From contig CAXMWX010000001.1 in the NCBI GenBank assembly GCA_963422205.2, forward strand, positions 256,001-320,000: 64,000 nt of DNA, in the 5' to 3' direction. Shown here piece after piece: positions 61,325 to 64,000 of the stretch (position 1 is the first letter of the stretch; every line of letters begins with the position of its first letter). Made by a program: the position numbers and the translations under genes. This stretch comes from Gammaproteobacteria bacterium. GTDB taxonomy: Bacteria > Pseudomonadota > Gammaproteobacteria > Eutrophobiales > Eutrophobiaceae. A model generated the notes under the pieces. The model was not told the origin of the DNA and searched no databases. It was given only the letters and a program-made list of their open reading frames with translations.

Positions 61325-61448
61325 AATCTATTCGAAAGGGGCTGTCAAACCCGCTGGCAGGGTTTATGCGGGTTGGATGTGCCGGGATTTCATGCCGTGC
61401 TGTCTTCGGTATACTTGATTATCCGTTCAACCTCAACGCCCGTGGTGC

Positions 61449-63095
61449 ATGGTGCAAATGCCGCTGCTGACTGTCGATAATCTGGCTGTTCAATTTCATA
61501 CCCGCCAGGGTGTCGTGCAGGCGGTGCAGGGGGTCAGTTTTCAGCTTGAACAAGGCAAAACACTGGGCATTGTCGGGGAATCCGGGGCTGGCAAGTCGGT
61601 GATTTGTCTTGGCCTGATGCGGCTTCTGGCCTCACCACCGGCCAGGCTGACAGCAGATAGACTGCACTTTGCCGGCCAGGAATTGTTGCACCTGGATAAC
61701 AGGCAGATGCGTACCCTGTGCGGGGATCGAATGACCATGATCTTTCAAGACCCCATGACTTCCCTGAATCCATACCTGACCATCGGCCAGCAGCTAATTG
61801 AACCCTTGCGGCTGCATAACCGCCTGAGCAGGACAGAGGCACATGAACGGGCAACCGCCGCACTGGCCGAGACCGGCATAGCACGGGCAAAGCAGCGTAT
61901 GCACAGCTACCCGCATGAGTTTTCCGGCGGCATGCGCCAACGCGTGATGATCGCCATGGCCATGCTCAACCGACCGGATCTGCTGATTGCCGATGAGCCA
62001 ACGACAGCACTGGATGTGACAGTGCAGGCACAGGTGCTGGAGTTGATGCAGAAACTACAGCACGAATATCAGCTTGCCATGATCTTCATCAGCCACGATC
62101 TGGGGGTGATCGCCGGGCTGGCCGATGAGGTTATCGTCATGCAGCATGGCCGCTGTGTTGAGCAAGGCAGCGTGAATGATATCTTCTGCCACAGCACGGC
62201 GGCTTACACCCGGCGTCTGCTGGCCGCCATCCCTGACACGGCGAAACCGCCACAGTACCAGCAGCCGACCGATGACAGTAAACTGCTGGAGTTAGTCGAT
62301 ATCCGCATTGCCTATAGCAGCAGGCCACACATCTTTGGTCGGCGCGAATCTGTCACCGCGGTCGATGGCATCAACCTGACGCTGCACACAGGTGAAATAC
62401 TTGGCCTCGCCGGCGAGTCCGGCAGTGGCAAATCCAGCCTGGCACGTGCCCTGGTGCGCTTGGTCAAGTTGACATCCGGGCGCATCGAATTGGCCGGGCG
62501 GGACCTCGGCCAGCTATCGGGTAAGCACCTGGCATCGGTTCGCCCGGATATACAGATGATCTTTCAAGACCCTTATTCCTCACTAAACCCGCGCATGACC
62601 ATCCACGATTGCCTGGCCGAGGCCATTTGCCACACACTTCATAACCAGGGCCGGCAGAATCAACCCGCCCTCACGGACCGGGTGACAGCACTGCTGGAAG
62701 AGGTGGAACTTGACAGCAGGCAGTTATACCGCTATCCGTACGAGCTCTCCGGTGGACAACGGCAACGGGTTGCCATTGCCCGCAGCCTGGCACTGAAGCC
62801 GAAATTGATCATCGCCGATGAACCGGTGTCCGCACTGGATGTGACCGTGCAGGCGCAGATCCTCAAGCTGTTCATGCAGCTTAATCAACAACACCAGCTC
62901 AGTATTCTCTTTATATCGCACGATCTCTCGGTCATACGTTATATCGCTGATCGAACCGCCATCATGTATCACGGCAAAATTGTTGAACTGGATGACACCG
63001 AGCGAGTCTTTCAGCAGCCACAGCATCACTATACACAGTCTTTATTGAATGCTATCCTTAAAAACAAGCTGCCCGGCATGAGGGCAGAGACGTAA
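61449..63095 (+). CDS. Double-domain peptide ABC transporter ATP-binding protein
   Basis: GESGAGKS and [16 protein letters not shown] and [18 protein letters not shown]. Confidence 0.9.
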   Translation: MVQMPLLTVDNLAVQFHTRQGVVQAVQGVSFQLEQGKTLGIVGESGAGKSVICLGLMRLLASPPARLTADRLHFAGQELLHLDNRQMRTLCGDRMTMIFQDPMTSLNPYLTIGQQLIEPLRLHNRLSRTEAHERATAALAETGIARAKQRMHSYPHEFSGGMRQRVMIAMAMLNRPDLLIADEPTTALDVTVQAQVLELMQKLQHEYQLAMIFISHDLGVIAGLADEVIVMQHGRCVEQGSVNDIFCHSTAAYTRRLLAAIPDTAKPPQYQQPTDDSKLLELVDIRIAYSSRPHIFGRRESVTAVDGINLTLHTGEILGLAGESGSGKSSLARALVRLVKLTSGRIELAGRDLGQLSGKHLASVRPDIQMIFQDPYSSLNPRMTIHDCLAEAICHTLHNQGRQNQPALTDRVTALLEEVELDSRQLYRYPYELSGGQRQRVAIARSLALKPKLIIADEPVSALDVTVQAQILKLFMQLNQQHQLSILFISHDLSVIRYIADRTAIMYHGKIVELDDTERVFQQPQHHYTQSLLNAILKNKLPGMRAET

Positions 63096-63169
63096 AAACA
63101 CCTGCAATTTATCGAGATACCGGATATGACAGACTGGCATACGACCGATACATCCTGTGAAGCTAACGC

Positions 63170-63946
63170 ATGAGTCTGCTGGCGGGCAAACGCGCACTGA
63201 TCGTCGGTGTTGCAAGCAAGCGCTCGATCGCCTGGGGGATCGCCAGGGCCATGCACCGTGAGGGGGCGGAGTTGGCATTCACCTATCAAAACGACAAATT
63301 GCAAGGGCGGGTGGAGCAATTTGCCAGCGAGGTCAACTCGGCGATCACCCTGCCCTGTGATGTCGCTGATGACAGGCAGATAGCCGATGTATTTACGCAT
63401 CTAAAGCCCCACTGGGAGCATCTTGATATCATGATACACTCGGTCGCCCATGCGCCGAAGGAGTTGCTGGCCGATGATTATCTGGCAAGCCTCACCCGTG
63501 AGGGGTTTCTGATGGCACACGATATCAGTGCTTACAGTTTCTGCGCCCTGGGCGCCGCTGCCCGGCCGCTGATGGCCGGCCGGCAGGGTGCCATGCTGAC
63601 GCTAAGCTACATCGGCGCTGTGCGTGCCATGCCCAATTACAATGTCATGGGAGTTGCCAAGGCCAGCCTGGAGGCCAGCGTGCGCTACATGGCGGCTGGC
63701 TTGGGGCCAGAGGGGATCCGGGTGAATGCCATCTCTGCCGGCCCTATCCGTACCCTGGCCGCATCCGGCATCAAGGGCTTGAAAAGTTTCCTGGGCAAGG
63801 TCGAAAAAAACGCACCGCTGCGGCGTAATGTGACCATCGATGAGGTCGGCAATGTGGCGGCTTTTCTATGTTCTGATTATGCCTCGGCCATCACGGGCGA
63901 GATCACCTATGTGGACTGCGGCTACAACGCCGTGGGTCTCACCTGA
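63170..63946 (+). CDS. fabI: Enoyl-ACP reductase (NADH)
   Basis: [37 protein letters not shown]. Confidence 0.95.
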   Translation: MSLLAGKRALIVGVASKRSIAWGIARAMHREGAELAFTYQNDKLQGRVEQFASEVNSAITLPCDVADDRQIADVFTHLKPHWEHLDIMIHSVAHAPKELLADDYLASLTREGFLMAHDISAYSFCALGAAARPLMAGRQGAMLTLSYIGAVRAMPNYNVMGVAKASLEASVRYMAAGLGPEGIRVNAISAGPIRTLAASGIKGLKSFLGKVEKNAPLRRNVTIDEVGNVAAFLCSDYASAITGEITYVDCGYNAVGLT

Positions 63947-63956
63947 GGCGGCGGGC

Positions 63957-64000
63957 ATGGAGAACAATCGTCTGCTGATTGCGATCTTCATTAGCGCCCT
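63957..64000 (+). CDS. Start of a membrane-anchored protein, truncated by the window end
   Basis: ATG 11 bp after fabI; MENNRLLIAIFISA. Confidence 0.4.
   Translation, partial: MENNRLLIAIFISA

Noticed and set aside
1-64000. tRNA, rRNA and prophage genes; the many short antisense ORFs in the track
   Set aside because: No RNA-gene or phage signatures recognised; the short ORFs overlap well-supported genes on other frames

Overview
Chromosomal window from a moderately GC-rich Gammaproteobacterium, judged from gene content and order. From left to right: an acyl-CoA synthetase; modABC; a nine-gene fatty-acid modification cluster resembling furan-fatty-acid biosynthesis, behind an OmpR-type two-component pair; gorA and a VTT/flavoprotein-reductase pair; corC-like, ypjD and ffh; a ~2.8 kb indel-riddled stretch (dsbB, yheT, ygfZ, sdhE); sdhCDAB; an AT-rich HEPN/DUF4145-like gene; ubiG-gph. 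Next comes a signalling/secretion locus: a 1478-aa Ser/Thr kinase with an FGE-sulfatase domain, PP2C, an adenylate cyclase-FHA fusion, parvulin, an orphan TpsB, SapC and a Sel1 protein. It is followed by a decayed mobile/defence island (IS481 and IS1595 remnants, GmrSD-type nucleases, rpn, attC-like hairpins), a hopanoid cluster lacking shc, class III phaEC with a phasin, an ABC ATPase and fabI. The two most interesting signals are (i) a threonine-phosphorylation/cAMP module whose three proteins share an E-D-[IV]-T motif, next to a partner-less TpsB, and (ii) four 27/30-bp palindromic micro-elements, three of them inserted in frame in transposase genes. All calls come from motif recognition by eye; no searches were run.
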